Part shown: positions 24,968-35,102 of the stretch, piece after piece
Layout: every line of letters begins with the position of its first letter
Numbering within the stretch: the stretch's first letter is position 1
IMG/VR virus record: IMGVR_UViG_3300010048_000017
Coordinates: 1-50,630 of that record
DNA from: a virus
Lineage: Duplodnaviria > Caudoviricetes
Direction: 5' to 3' (one strand)
Length of the DNA stretch: 50,630 nucleotides
Translations under genes and position numbers: made by a program
Notes under the pieces: model-generated
The model's database searches: none
What the model saw: only the letters and a program-made list of their open reading frames with translations
What the model was told of the DNA's origin: nothing

Positions 24968-26112
24968 CAGTGGTGGACGCTCTTGTGGTGGCGGTGCGTC
25001 GGGCGGGTGCGGTGCGGGGCGTTGCCCGCGATCAACTGCATCAGCGACGAGAAATTGTGGCGGATCGACTCGCTCGGCGTGATCGTCGCGGTCAGCGTCG
25101 CGTCGTTCCACTCATACGAGCCGACCAGGATCGACGGCGCGCCCACGGTGACGTCAGCGGTCGGGGTGTAGTCAGCGAGCAGCAGTTTGCAGACCATGCC
25201 AACCGTCGAGTCGGTGAAAAAGCACCCAGGATCGACGAACGCGCCGCCGAGCGTCCGCAGCCCGCCGTGGCGGGCTGTCATTGAGTCAGTGAACGCGACC
25301 CGCTGAAACTTGGCCAGCACCGCTGACGCCGGCGCTTGCGCTTGCGTCGCGGTCTGCGCGCCCGCGCTCGACAGGTCAAGGTAATCCTCGACGCGGCCGG
25401 CTCCGTCTCGGGGGATCGACGACGACGTGACCGCGTACTGCGCGGCGGTGCGCCCGCTGTCGCCGGCGGTCTGATAACGCACGTACAGCGTCGTCGGCCC
25501 GAGCGCCACCGACCGGCCCAGCGGCGAGCCGACCACGAGCAGCCGGTTGGCCGCGGTCGGGCGGGGCACGACGCTGAGCACGTTGCCGCCCGGCACGGTC
25601 GAGACGATCCACGTCAGCGACCCCTTTGTGCAGGCGTTGTTGAGCACGTCTGTGACGCTGACGCTGGCCGAGTCCATGACTTGCCCGACCCACATCCCCG
25701 AGGGTGACCCGACCCCGGGGTTGACCCACCCGAGGCCCCGCCCGATCGCGTTGTTGACGACGAGATCGACAGTGGACGTGCCCCATGTGCCGGTCCAGAT
25801 CGCCCGGTAATCGTTGCCGAACGTGCCCGCGCCGTGCGCGCTGACCGACCAGCCCTGATCCCCTGGCACGGGCTCATCGATGATCCCCGCCCACACTGCC
25901 GCGCCGCCCCGGTACGCGCGCAGAATGCGGCCGGGGTCGAGCGCGTCAGTTCTGTACCGGGGCGGGCGGGCGAACGTCGCCGTCAGCGCGTTGCACCCGC
26001 CCGGCAGCGTGTAACTGTAGGTCGCCGGCGAGACGTGCCCCAACTGCGCGAGCGCCCGTGGCTGAGAGCCGTCAGGCCGGTACGTGACCAGCGTCGTCAG
26101 CCCTGGCCGCAT
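24967..26112 (-). CDS. Minor tail / baseplate hub-like protein
   Basis: YSYTLPGGC..L...VWAGII pattern; position in the tail module. Confidence 0.7.
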   Translation of the reverse strand: MRPGLTTLVTYRPDGSQPRALAQLGHVSPATYSYTLPGGCNALTATFARPPRYRTDALDPGRILRAYRGGAAVWAGIIDEPVPGDQGWSVSAHGAGTFGNDYRAIWTGTWGTSTVDLVVNNAIGRGLGWVNPGVGSPSGMWVGQVMDSASVSVTDVLNNACTKGSLTWIVSTVPGGNVLSVVPRPTAANRLLVVGSPLGRSVALGPTTLYVRYQTAGDSGRTAAQYAVTSSSIPRDGAGRVEDYLDLSSAGAQTATQAQAPASAVLAKFQRVAFTDSMTARHGGLRTLGGAFVDPGCFFTDSTVGMVCKLLLADYTPTADVTVGAPSILVGSYEWNDATLTATITPSESIRHNFSSLMQLIAGNAPHRTRPTHRHHKSVHH

Positions 26113-26415
26113 TCAGAACCCGCCGCCAGTGATCCCGCCGCGCACATGCGCGAGCGCGTCGTCGAAGTTATACGCCGGTGTCTGCGCGGCGGTGCCGAAG
26201 TAGACCGCCGCGAGCGTCGAGATCTGATCCCACGCAGCTTGAATGTCAGCGGCGTCAGTCGCGGACGCGCCCAGCGCTTGCAGCCCAGCCGGCCCGAGTT
26301 TGGTCACTTGCAAGTGCAGGTCGCTGACTTGCGACATGAGCGCGTGCAGTCGCACCGCGTTCTGCGTCAGTTGCCCGTTGATCAACTCGATCGTCGCCGG
26401 CTGGCCTGCTGCCAT
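26113..26415 (-). CDS. Hypothetical tail-module protein
   Basis: GGGAG SD before ATG 26415. Confidence 0.7.
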   Translation of the reverse strand: MAAGQPATIELINGQLTQNAVRLHALMSQVSDLHLQVTKLGPAGLQALGASATDAADIQAAWDQISTLAAVYFGTAAQTPAYNFDDALAHVRGGITGGGF

Positions 26416-26426
26416 GAGTCCGCTCC

Positions 26427-26909
26427 CTAAGTCATCTGCCACACGTCGAGATGGCTGCCAGCGGCGTACGCCGTCGCGGATCCCGACGACAGCGCCGCCT
26501 GAATGTTGATCGTGCCGGGGACGCTCGCGTTGATCGTGCCGTCGAAGATCACCATGCGGTCAGCGAGCCCGCCGCCGATCGCTGAGCCGGTGATCGTGTT
26601 GCCAATCCCGTTCATCGCGACGACGCCGACGCTGGTCCCGTTGAGCTCTGCCCACGCGATCCGCGACGACGACGCTGTCAGCCCCCCGGACGGGTTAGCC
26701 CGGTACGACAGCGTGCCGCCCGACGACTGGGCGTTGATCAGCAGCACGCCCCGCACGACGTACGTCACGCCGGCCAGCGGGATCGCCGCTGACATGCATG
26801 TGCTCATCGACGTGCCCAGCGACGGCGACGACCCGACCGCGCTGGCCAAGTGCGCGAACATGTGCGCGTTGAAACGCGCCTCAACGTCGTACGCCTTTTC
26901 GGACGTCAT
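26427..26909 (-). CDS. Minor tail protein (beta-rich)
   Basis: ATGA overlap; tail module. Confidence 0.65.
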   Translation of the reverse strand: MTSEKAYDVEARFNAHMFAHLASAVGSSPSLGTSMSTCMSAAIPLAGVTYVVRGVLLINAQSSGGTLSYRANPSGGLTASSSRIAWAELNGTSVGVVAMNGIGNTITGSAIGGGLADRMVIFDGTINASVPGTINIQAALSSGSATAYAAGSHLDVWQMT

Positions 26910-29900
26910 ACCCGATCGACGAGATAGTGCGGCAGGTAGGTCAGCGTCGCAGACGGGCAGCCTTGCTGCGCGTACAGCAGCAGCCGGTTATGCGTGTTCG
27001 GGCGCACGTAGAACGCGCCGCCCGGCCAGCGGTCCACCCACTGAGTGAGCGAGTACGACCGGTCGCGGTCAGCGTCAGACCCGAGCACCATCCCGAGATC
27101 GCGGTCACGATCCGGGGGGTCGAGCCAGATGTTATTCCAGCCCGTACCGCTGGTGTTGATCAGCACCGTCTGCCCTTGGGTGTCCAAGAACACGACGTCG
27201 AGGTAACGGTCGGCGGTCTGCCCGCTGTTGACGGTCAGCGTGAAATAGGCGCTCGTGTTGCCGGGCGGGAGCTCAGCAATCGGCAGCGTGATCTGACCCA
27301 TGTCCACGTACCCGTTGACGATGTCAGTGCTCGGCGTGAACGTGCGCGACAGCGTCGCCGTCACTGCGGTGCCCCCGGAATACGGGTATTGCTTGATCGT
27401 CACGGTCACAGTGCGGCTGACTGTGTTGTTGCCCCAGGTGCCCGAGTTGATCAGGAACACGGTGTATGTGCCGTCGAACCGGCCGGGCAGCCCGCCGACG
27501 ACGGGCACCGTGTACTCAGTCGCCCCGTTGGGGGTGTCAGCGCCGTTGCCGACCGCGACGATCGGGGACAGCGCGGCGGGCTGCTCGCTGTTGGGCATGT
27601 GCGCGAGCAGCGACACGAGCGGGATGATGCCGCTGGCGCCGTAGGTCAGTTTCACCTGCCCTGAGCGCCCGTCGCCGCCCCCCGAGTCAGTGCCGGTGTC
27701 GCGGTGCCCGCCACCGCCACCACCGCCACCCGGCCCGACTGACGGCGCTGCTCCCGTGTTCGTCTTAGACGGGTCAGACCACCCGCCATCACCCCCCGGC
27801 CCGCCGCCCGTCACTGCGCTCGCCCCGCCAGGGTGCCCGCCGTTGTTGCCCGGCCCCGACGTGCCACCGGACCCGCCCCCGCCCCCGCCCCATGTCTCAG
27901 ACAGCGCGTTGTCAGGCCGGCCGTCGCCGCCCGGATAGTGGATGTAGTTCGTCGAGCCGTCGCCCCCGTGGCCTTTGGTGTTGTTCGGGTTCGTCGCGCC
28001 GAACTCACCGCCGTGCGCGCGCAGCACGGGCCCCGATGCGGCAGTGAACGTCGAGTCGGTGCCCGCCGCGCCGGGGTTGTTGATCGTGCCGTGCGCCCCG
28101 GCAGCGCCGACGACCGCCACATAAACGCTCGATGGCGTGACGGGCATGTTGATCTCTTGGGCGTACTCGCCCCCGCCCCCGCCACCGCCGCCCGTGTTGC
28201 TGTTGCCAATCGACCCGCCCGAGCCCGCGCCCCCGCCACCGCCGCCCCACGCTTCGGCCTTGCTGACGACCGTCACGCCAGCGGGGCACGTCCAGTTGTT
28301 AGACCCGACCGTGGTAAACAGCGCCGTGCTCGCGATCGACGACGGCCCCGGCTGCGCCTGCAACCCGAGCGGCCCGCGCGCTGAGCCGATGATGCCCGGC
28401 AGGGTGTGCAGCGCCCCACGGGTCAAGTTGTTCGCCGTGGACGTCGCGACCGCTTGCGCCTGGTTGATAAACGCGCCCGACTGCAACACGAGCCCGCCGC
28501 CCGGATCCGCCTTGTTCCACGCAGTGAACACGTATCGGCTGACGGTCGTGTAATCGAACCCCGACGCGACCTGCGGGATCGGGATCGTCACCAACTGCCA
28601 GTGCGGCGCGGTGCTCAGCGCCGAAGCTGCGCAGACGCGGGTCGCCCGCCCGCTGATGTGGTTGCCCGCGCTGTCGTACAGCGTGACCTTGAAATTCACC
28701 ACGCCCTTATGCCACGTAGACCATTGCGCGGTGGTCGTCGCGAGCCCGACAAAGATCGTGAACTTGGTTCGGCCCGTGATGTCGCTTGACGCGATCGTCG
28801 GTGAGTCGTAGGTGGGTGCCTGATGCCACGCCCGCGACCACCGCGCCGAGCGGGTGCCCGCCGCGACGACCGTGCTCTGCGTCCACTGGCCCGCGCCGAC
28901 GTGCGACTCGACTGAGCCGCCGTCGATCCAGACGTCATCCCATCTGTGAACCTCACCCGCGGCTGGGGTGACGACTTGGCATTGCGCGATCGCCCACACC
29001 GCGCCCGCCGGCGCGGTCACGCTCGCTGTCGCCTGCGTGTAGCCGGTCGTCGTGTTCGTCACGTTGCTGCCGCGGATCGTCTGCACGATCGTGCCGTTCG
29101 CGTCATAGAACTCTGCTGCGACGTTCGTCGATCGCACAGTCGTCGCCGCGCGCGACCACCCGCGCACGGTCACCGTGTCGCCGGGCGTGACGGCCAGCGC
29201 GACCCCGTTGACGATGTCCACCAGGGGGTTGCAGTGATGGGCGTTCATCGTGCCCGTCGCGGTCGCCGTCTGCTGCATGCAGCCCGCCCCGGTGCGCGGG
29301 TTGGTCGTCGAGTACGCGAGCGTGCAGTTGAGCGCGCTCAGCCATTGCGCGATCGTCGCGTCGAACGTGCTTTGATCCCCGAGCAGCCAGTTCGTCGCGG
29401 TGTTGTAATCGTCGAGCGTCACCGGGGCCGGCGGCAGGTCAAACGACGACGACGGCGACGTCAGTTGAATCGACTCTTGATCTTCGGAGTGCGGGAACGG
29501 CAGCGCGTCAGCGGTGATCGTCACCTGCGACACCAGCGCGTAATCGTATTTGAGCGAGTACCTGACGACCGTCGTGTTCGCGCCTTGGCAGTCGAACACC
29601 AGCGGCAGCCCGCCGTCACGCGTCCAGGTCAACTGCCACGACTCTTGCGCGCACGTCTGGAGCAAGATCTCACGCGCCGTCGCGAGCGTCGTCCGGTCCA
29701 CCTGATCGTTGCCCGTCGTCGGCACGATGATCGACACGGGGATCGTCGGCTGCCGGTTGGACGCGCGCATGTTCGTGATCTGCTCGCCGTCGAGCAGCAT
29801 GCCCGCGACCTTGTCTGACGTCCACTGCGGGGCGCTCAGATCATAGGAATCGCCCAGGTGGAACACCGCAGTTTCACACCCCGGCAGCCCGCACGCGACG

Positions 29901-29953
29901 CCGCCCATGAGCAACTCGATCTGTCCCAGCACCAGCGAGTCAGCAGTCATCAC
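26906..29953 (-). CDS. Minor tail protein (distal-tail-like) with carbohydrate-binding-like and Gly-rich insertions
   Basis: First gene after the tape measure; VTPGDTVT...TAPAGA module; WTCPAGV..WGGGGGG Gly-rich domain. Confidence 0.75.
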   Translation of the reverse strand: MMTADSLVLGQIELLMGGVACGLPGCETAVFHLGDSYDLSAPQWTSDKVAGMLLDGEQITNMRASNRQPTIPVSIIVPTTGNDQVDRTTLATAREILLQTCAQESWQLTWTRDGGLPLVFDCQGANTTVVRYSLKYDYALVSQVTITADALPFPHSEDQESIQLTSPSSSFDLPPAPVTLDDYNTATNWLLGDQSTFDATIAQWLSALNCTLAYSTTNPRTGAGCMQQTATATGTMNAHHCNPLVDIVNGVALAVTPGDTVTVRGWSRAATTVRSTNVAAEFYDANGTIVQTIRGSNVTNTTTGYTQATASVTAPAGAVWAIAQCQVVTPAAGEVHRWDDVWIDGGSVESHVGAGQWTQSTVVAAGTRSARWSRAWHQAPTYDSPTIASSDITGRTKFTIFVGLATTTAQWSTWHKGVVNFKVTLYDSAGNHISGRATRVCAASALSTAPHWQLVTIPIPQVASGFDYTTVSRYVFTAWNKADPGGGLVLQSGAFINQAQAVATSTANNLTRGALHTLPGIIGSARGPLGLQAQPGPSSIASTALFTTVGSNNWTCPAGVTVVSKAEAWGGGGGGAGSGGSIGNSNTGGGGGGGGEYAQEINMPVTPSSVYVAVVGAAGAHGTINNPGAAGTDSTFTAASGPVLRAHGGEFGATNPNNTKGHGGDGSTNYIHYPGGDGRPDNALSETWGGGGGGSGGTSGPGNNGGHPGGASAVTGGGPGGDGGWSDPSKTNTGAAPSVGPGGGGGGGGHRDTGTDSGGGDGRSGQVKLTYGASGIIPLVSLLAHMPNSEQPAALSPIVAVGNGADTPNGATEYTVPVVGGLPGRFDGTYTVFLINSGTWGNNTVSRTVTVTIKQYPYSGGTAVTATLSRTFTPSTDIVNGYVDMGQITLPIAELPPGNTSAYFTLTVNSGQTADRYLDVVFLDTQGQTVLINTSGTGWNNIWLDPPDRDRDLGMVLGSDADRDRSYSLTQWVDRWPGGAFYVRPNTHNRLLLYAQQGCPSATLTYLPHYLVDRV

Positions 29954-32433
29954 CGCACCTCATACGCCGACGAGTACACCGCGCTGCGCGCCGTGCCGTT
30001 CAGCACCGCCCCGAGCACGTCGCCGGTCTGCGTCGCGTTCTCCCGCACCGCGCCGATCAGCGCCTCTAGCAACGACTCGAGCCGCGACACGCTGAACCGG
30101 CCAGGCACGACCGTCTCATCGCCCGCCTCACCGAACGTGTACTTGCGGCCCGACCGGCCGATGCCCGTGATCGGCTCGCTGATCACCCCGCCCTTGGCGT
30201 AGCCGTGGCCGTGGCCGAGCACTTGCTGCCACGCCGCGCCGTACCTGTGAATCGCATAATTCACGCCAGCATAAATTGACGCCAATGGATTAAATATGCC
30301 CAGGCTCCTAAACGGCCCCGCATATGCCAAGAATGTGCTCATAATGGTTTGCATTAGGCCACGGCTGGGATCGCCCATTTTGGCGTTAATATCCCAATTG
30401 TTTTGGGCTCGCGGGTTGCCGCCCGATTCGGTGGCGATCTGCGACAGCACCGTGCCGAGCGCGCTCGACGGCTGGCCGAGCATGCGCAGCACGCTCAGCA
30501 CCAGCGGCGCCCACTGCGCCACGCCCGCGCCGCCGCCGCCGCTGCCGCCGCCGAACAGATTGCCCAGGAACCCGCCGATGCTCGACAGCACGTTCCCCCC
30601 GAGCCCCATCAGCGCATGCAGCGCCTTGCCCGGCAGCCGCGACACGCTCACGAGGCCTTTCTCGATCAGGTGCCCGAGCGCTTGCGGCAGACCGCCGAAC
30701 GCGTGCCGGGCGATCGTCAGCGGGTTGGCCAGCGCGAGCCCCTTGATCAGCCCAGCGATCAGATTGCCGCCGATGCCCATCATCACCGTCGAGGGCGAAC
30801 TGATGCCGAAAAAGTGCTTAACCGCGCCGATGATGGGCTGCACGACATGTGTGTTGATCCACGAGCCGATGCCGCGCATCCACGACAAAATGCCGTTGCC
30901 GAACCCGTACATCAGCGACTGGCCAACTGAGAACAGCGTGCGCGCGAGCGACCCGACTGCGCTGAGCGCCCGCCCGCCGAGCCCGCCGAGCCAGCGCCCG
31001 ACGACGATCCACCCGTTCCGCTCGGCGTCGAATAGCCCCTGGATCAGGTCAAGCCCGGCGTGCCACAGGGTACGGGCCAGCGACCCGACCGCGGCCACCG
31101 TCCGCGCGGGGATCGAGCTCAAAAACGCGACGATCAGATTCCACGCGGTTTTGATGCCGACCAGCACTTGCGACCAGTGCTTGATGATCCAGACGACCGC
31201 GAGCCCGATCGGGCCGGTCAGCGCCCCGAGCAGCCACGGCCAGTTACGCCGCACCCACGACACGACCGCGCCGAACGCGGCGGGGATCGTCTTGGTAAAG
31301 AACGGCACAAAGATCTTGGCCAGCCAGCCCCACACCGCCTCTGCGACGGCTTTGATCTGCTTCCAGTGGGTGACGATCAGCCCGACCGCGACGGCGATCG
31401 CGACGGCGAGCAGCACCCACGGGTTGGCGAGCGCGCTCTTGCCAACAGCGTCCATGATCTGGCTGCCGTATTTCAGCGCGACGAACAACGCGATAAAGGC
31501 GATCGTGACTGTTTTGAGCGGCCCCGGAAGCAGGGTGAACGCCCGCACGATGGTCGCGACCCCGACGACGAACGGTTGCAAGATCGCCATCAACGGTGGC
31601 AGCACCGCCCCGCCTAGCTGGGTCAGCAGCGGCACGACCGCCGTGCCCAGCAGCGTCCCTAGCTGAGACAGCAGCGGCAGCAGCACCGGCAGAACACCCG
31701 ACACGAACTGCGTCATCGGCGGCAACAACTGCTGCCCGATCCGGGCCGCGACGTTCGTGATGCTCGCTTTCATCGCGTCGAGATTGCCGCCGAACGTCTT
31801 GCTGTACGCCGCAGCTTCGCCGCCGATCCGCTTGTTCAGCACGCGCATGACCAACTCGAGCCGCGACGCCTGCGTGCCGGTCGTCGAAAAATGCTTCGGC
31901 AGATCGCTCGTGCTGATGCCGACGTCTTTGAGCGCCCGCGTAGACCCAGCTGCGGCCTTGGCCAGCATGCTCGACGCGTCAGCAAGGTCGATGTGCTTAA
32001 ACCGGGCGTAGTTCGCCGCGCCGCTCAGCGCGTCAAGCGACACCTTCTGATTGCGGGTCGTCGTCAGCAGCACCGTCAGCGACTTGTTGACCTCGCCCTG
32101 ATCGAACCCGAACCGCTGCATGCTGCGGCCAGCCTCTTCGGCTTTGCCGCCGAACTGACCCCACGCCACACCCGCGTTTTGCGCCGCGACTTTGAGCCCC
32201 GCGATCCCCTCGCTGCGTGCCGCGTTAATGATGAAACGGGCGCCGCTCGTGATCGCCGGGATCGCCGCGCCGATCGCTAGACCAGCAGCAGCGCCGAACC
32301 CGACGCCGAACAGGCGCCCGTGCTTTTTCCCCGCCTCCGTGCCGCTTTGCGCGACCTTCTCATCTGTCTCGCGCGCGAACCCGCTGACGTCAGGCCGGAT
32401 CTTGACCCATGCTGTCGCCAGCGGGGCAGCCAT
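29950..32433 (-). CDS. Tape measure protein with C-terminal SLT lytic transglycosylase domain
   Basis: Ala/Gly/Trp-periodic helical repeats; ESGGNP..NNWDIN..SRGLMQ..NPLASIYAGVNYA. Confidence 0.92.
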   Translation of the reverse strand: MAAPLATAWVKIRPDVSGFARETDEKVAQSGTEAGKKHGRLFGVGFGAAAGLAIGAAIPAITSGARFIINAARSEGIAGLKVAAQNAGVAWGQFGGKAEEAGRSMQRFGFDQGEVNKSLTVLLTTTRNQKVSLDALSGAANYARFKHIDLADASSMLAKAAAGSTRALKDVGISTSDLPKHFSTTGTQASRLELVMRVLNKRIGGEAAAYSKTFGGNLDAMKASITNVAARIGQQLLPPMTQFVSGVLPVLLPLLSQLGTLLGTAVVPLLTQLGGAVLPPLMAILQPFVVGVATIVRAFTLLPGPLKTVTIAFIALFVALKYGSQIMDAVGKSALANPWVLLAVAIAVAVGLIVTHWKQIKAVAEAVWGWLAKIFVPFFTKTIPAAFGAVVSWVRRNWPWLLGALTGPIGLAVVWIIKHWSQVLVGIKTAWNLIVAFLSSIPARTVAAVGSLARTLWHAGLDLIQGLFDAERNGWIVVGRWLGGLGGRALSAVGSLARTLFSVGQSLMYGFGNGILSWMRGIGSWINTHVVQPIIGAVKHFFGISSPSTVMMGIGGNLIAGLIKGLALANPLTIARHAFGGLPQALGHLIEKGLVSVSRLPGKALHALMGLGGNVLSSIGGFLGNLFGGGSGGGGAGVAQWAPLVLSVLRMLGQPSSALGTVLSQIATESGGNPRAQNNWDINAKMGDPSRGLMQTIMSTFLAYAGPFRSLGIFNPLASIYAGVNYAIHRYGAAWQQVLGHGHGYAKGGVISEPITGIGRSGRKYTFGEAGDETVVPGRFSVSRLESLLEALIGAVRENATQTGDVLGAVLNGTARSAVYSSAYEVR

Positions 32434-32728
32434 CAGCCCTCCCCGGCCAGCGCAGCGAGATTCGACAGGAACGTGCGCGTCACCGCGTCAACGCCCTCCA
32501 TCGGCGCGTACAACTCGCTGACGAGACGCTCACGCTCATCGTTGTCTGTCACGCGCTCGCACAGCCACGCGAACACGACGTTGCAGAACAAGCGCACGCT
32601 CATCCCTGCGACCGGGCTAGATCCGGCACCGACGTCATACCGCTGTCCGCTGAGGACAAGTCGGCCCTCGATCTCAGCGAAGTTGGCTGCGCCGACCGCG
32701 AGGAGTCTGAGCGCGCTCGGGTAGGGCG
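32433..32728 (-). CDS. Tail assembly chaperone -1 frameshift extension
   Basis: At CGC-CCT-AC (32721-32728) the -1 frame stays open (PYPSALRLL...RLFCNVVFAWL...) to a TGA overlapping the tape measure ATG. Confidence 0.7.
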
Positions 32729-33271
32729 GGCTGATGCGACCTCGATCACGCGAGTGATGACGTCGAGCAGGTCAACCTCGTCTGCGCCGTGGTCGAGCGC
32801 CGCAAGGTGGAACGCGGCCCAGTCGCCGCCGTCGTACTTCGGGCATTTTTCCGGGTTGCCAGGTGTGCCGACGCACGCGGGGCAGCGCCCGCACGCCGGC
32901 CGGCCGTCGCCCGCCATCAGGCAATCGTCGGGGTGCGGGCGGGTGCCGACGCACGCCTCGCACGTGCGGCACGGCGGCGCGAGCATGAAACACCGCCACA
33001 GCAGATCGCGCATCACAGCCATCGCGCGCGGGTCGTCTGAGTCCATGCCCGAGTCGGTCGCCTGAGCGAAGTCGAGCAGCGCCATCAGCGGGATGCGCCC
33101 CGCGAGCCGGTACTCGGCGCCGAAAAACTCGACGTGCTCGGGCAGTTTGACGCCTTGCATCGCAGCTTGCGCCTGATGCACCGCGCCGTCGCGCTCAGCG
33201 TCAGCCAGCACCGTCCCCGGCGCGGGCTTGGACTGGCGGGCAGGCTTGCGCTGCTGGCCCTTGGGCGGCAT
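32600..33271 (-). CDS. Tail assembly chaperone with Cys-rich insertion
   Basis: Between tail tube and tape measure; RPT followed by a Ser-rich tail. Confidence 0.75.
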   Translation of the reverse strand: MPPKGQQRKPARQSKPAPGTVLADAERDGAVHQAQAAMQGVKLPEHVEFFGAEYRLAGRIPLMALLDFAQATDSGMDSDDPRAMAVMRDLLWRCFMLAPPCRTCEACVGTRPHPDDCLMAGDGRPACGRCPACVGTPGNPEKCPKYDGGDWAAFHLAALDHGADEVDLLDVITRVIEVASARPTRARSDSSRSAQPTSLRSRADLSSADSGMTSVPDLARSQG

Positions 33272-33276
33272 CGGGG

Positions 33277-33858
33277 TCAGCCTCGGTTCGCGCCAGCAAA
33301 GAACTGCTGATACGGGAACCCCGACGCTGCGACCTCAGCGCGGAACTCGACGGGCAGCGTCGCGTTGTTGACGCCCTTATCCCGTTTGATCGCCAGCGCC
33401 CCGATTTGAAACGCCTGCTCGATCACGATGCGCTCAGTGTTGTCGGTGGACTCCCACCCGATCATGCACCGCGACTCAAACCCCGGCTGCGGCGCGGTCA
33501 CCGTCGTCAGCAGCGTCGTGCCCGCGCCGCTGGTCGTCTTGGTCGCCCCGTTGAGCACCCGCGCCATGTTCGACGCGTGGATCTGCTGGAGCTCAAACTT
33601 CATGCCCGACGTGCGCCCCGTCGTGACGTACTGCAACGGGTCGTAATACTCCGCTGAGTCGATCATGTCGGTGCTCAGCGTGTAATCGAACTCATGCCCG
33701 GTCTTGGTCACGCCGAGGGCGATGTACGCGCCCGGCCACGTGTCGGTGAACACCGAGCCCACGACGGTGTTAGCGGGCAGCCCCGACCCGAGCGGGGCCC
33801 AGAACAGGTAGCCCGCGCCGATCGCGAGCGCATTCTTTGGAACGGTGACAGCGGGCAT
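33277..33858 (-). CDS. Major tail (tube) protein
   Basis: GAGYLFWAPLG..LP...LGVTKTG pattern; position; GAGGGG SD. Confidence 0.82.
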   Translation of the reverse strand: MPAVTVPKNALAIGAGYLFWAPLGSGLPANTVVGSVFTDTWPGAYIALGVTKTGHEFDYTLSTDMIDSAEYYDPLQYVTTGRTSGMKFELQQIHASNMARVLNGATKTTSGAGTTLLTTVTAPQPGFESRCMIGWESTDNTERIVIEQAFQIGALAIKRDKGVNNATLPVEFRAEVAASGFPYQQFFAGANRG

Positions 33859-34157
33859 TGAGATCCCCTCGGTTGGGTGCGGATATATCTGCACGCATCA
33901 GTCGGCGTGCCTCGACGTCGTGTCAGACGCCGGCGCTACTGTGTCCCCCGTGGTGCTGCTGCACTCTTGTCCCCGCGTAGCGGGGCGTGATCGGCTCAGC
34001 GGCCCGCACGCGAGCCCGCGTCAGCCAGAGTGAGCGCGGGCTCGCAACGCTCGCGCAGCGGGCCGGCGGGGCGGCGGGACCGTGCGCCAATTGCCCGGCG
34101 TGAACGGCAATGGGTCAACCGGGGCAGGTGGTTGGACTGACAGCCCGTTGCGCGAGC

Positions 34158-34709
34158 TCAGACGTCTTGCACGTTCCACCCAGCAGCGGCAGCCTCTTTG
34201 CGCCCGATCGTCGCCAGCGGACCCGTCCCGCCTGCTGCTGAGCCGACGCCCGCGCACCACGACATGAGCCCTTGCATGAGCATGTTGCCCCGCCCCGGGT
34301 TGGTGCCGCCCGGCACGTTCGACTTGGCCGGGAGCGCGCCTGTCTTGGTCACGCCGGTCCACGCCCCCGACGCGGGCGGGGTCGCCGCGCTGCCCGCGCC
34401 CCCGGTGTCCGTCCACGCGCTGACCGGGCCGAGGGTCGCAACGAGCGCGTTCTCAGCGTTCGTCGTCGTGCCGCGGTAGACCTTGACGCCGGTCGCGCCC
34501 GTGGGCAGCGTCCACGTCAAGTTAGCTGAGCCGTTCAGCGCGACTGACACAGTCGCCTCGTTCGACGGGGCGCTTTCCCCCCACCACCCCAGCGCGGTCA
34601 GTTTCCAGAACTGCGCGCCGGCCGCGAACGTCCCGCCGCCCGCCTGCGCTGCGACTGCCGCGCTCGTGGGCGCGGGCCCTTGATACGTGCGGATCTGCGT
34701 CGCCGTCAT
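34158..34709 (-). CDS. Putative virion protein with FN3/Ig-like domain
   Basis: WKLTA..GESAPSNE..LTW...GATGVKVYR..WTDTG motif. Confidence 0.6.
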   Translation of the reverse strand: MTATQIRTYQGPAPTSAAVAAQAGGGTFAAGAQFWKLTALGWWGESAPSNEATVSVALNGSANLTWTLPTGATGVKVYRGTTTNAENALVATLGPVSAWTDTGGAGSAATPPASGAWTGVTKTGALPAKSNVPGGTNPGRGNMLMQGLMSWCAGVGSAAGGTGPLATIGRKEAAAAGWNVQDV

Positions 34710-34712
34710 CGC

Positions 34713-35102
34713 TCATGTTCCGATCTTTTTGATGTCGCGCAGCGCGGGCACAAGCGACCGGTGCGGCCGGCGGTCGCGAACCTTCTTGGCCTCGTGCATG
34801 ATCGCGTACGGGAACCCGCTCTTTTTGTTCTGCACGGGGCTGATCACCGCCGTGAATATGCCCCACTCGTCGGTGTCCACCTCAAACCGCATGGCCTCTT
34901 GCATCGCGCCCGTGCGCCGCAGACAGCGCCGCTGAGCGCCGGCGAGCACCACCTCACCGAGCGCGTGCATCAGCGTGCGCCCGAGTTCGCCCGTGGGATC
35001 ATCGACGAACTCGTGTACGGCCTCAACGTTCCACTCGACTTTGCAGCCGGGGATGACAAGATTCTCCAGCGGCAGGCCGATGCGCCGGCGCTGCATCGCC
35101 AT
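34713..35102 (-). CDS. HK97 gp10-like tail completion protein
   Basis: AQRRC.RRTGAM, YAIMHE, SLVPAL pattern. Confidence 0.6.
   Translation of the reverse strand: MAMQRRRIGLPLENLVIPGCKVEWNVEAVHEFVDDPTGELGRTLMHALGEVVLAGAQRRCLRRTGAMQEAMRFEVDTDEWGIFTAVISPVQNKKSGFPYAIMHEAKKVRDRRPHRSLVPALRDIKKIGT

Noticed and set aside
24967-29953. Diversity-generating retroelement acting on tail genes
   Set aside because: No reverse transcriptase and no template/variable repeat pair seen.
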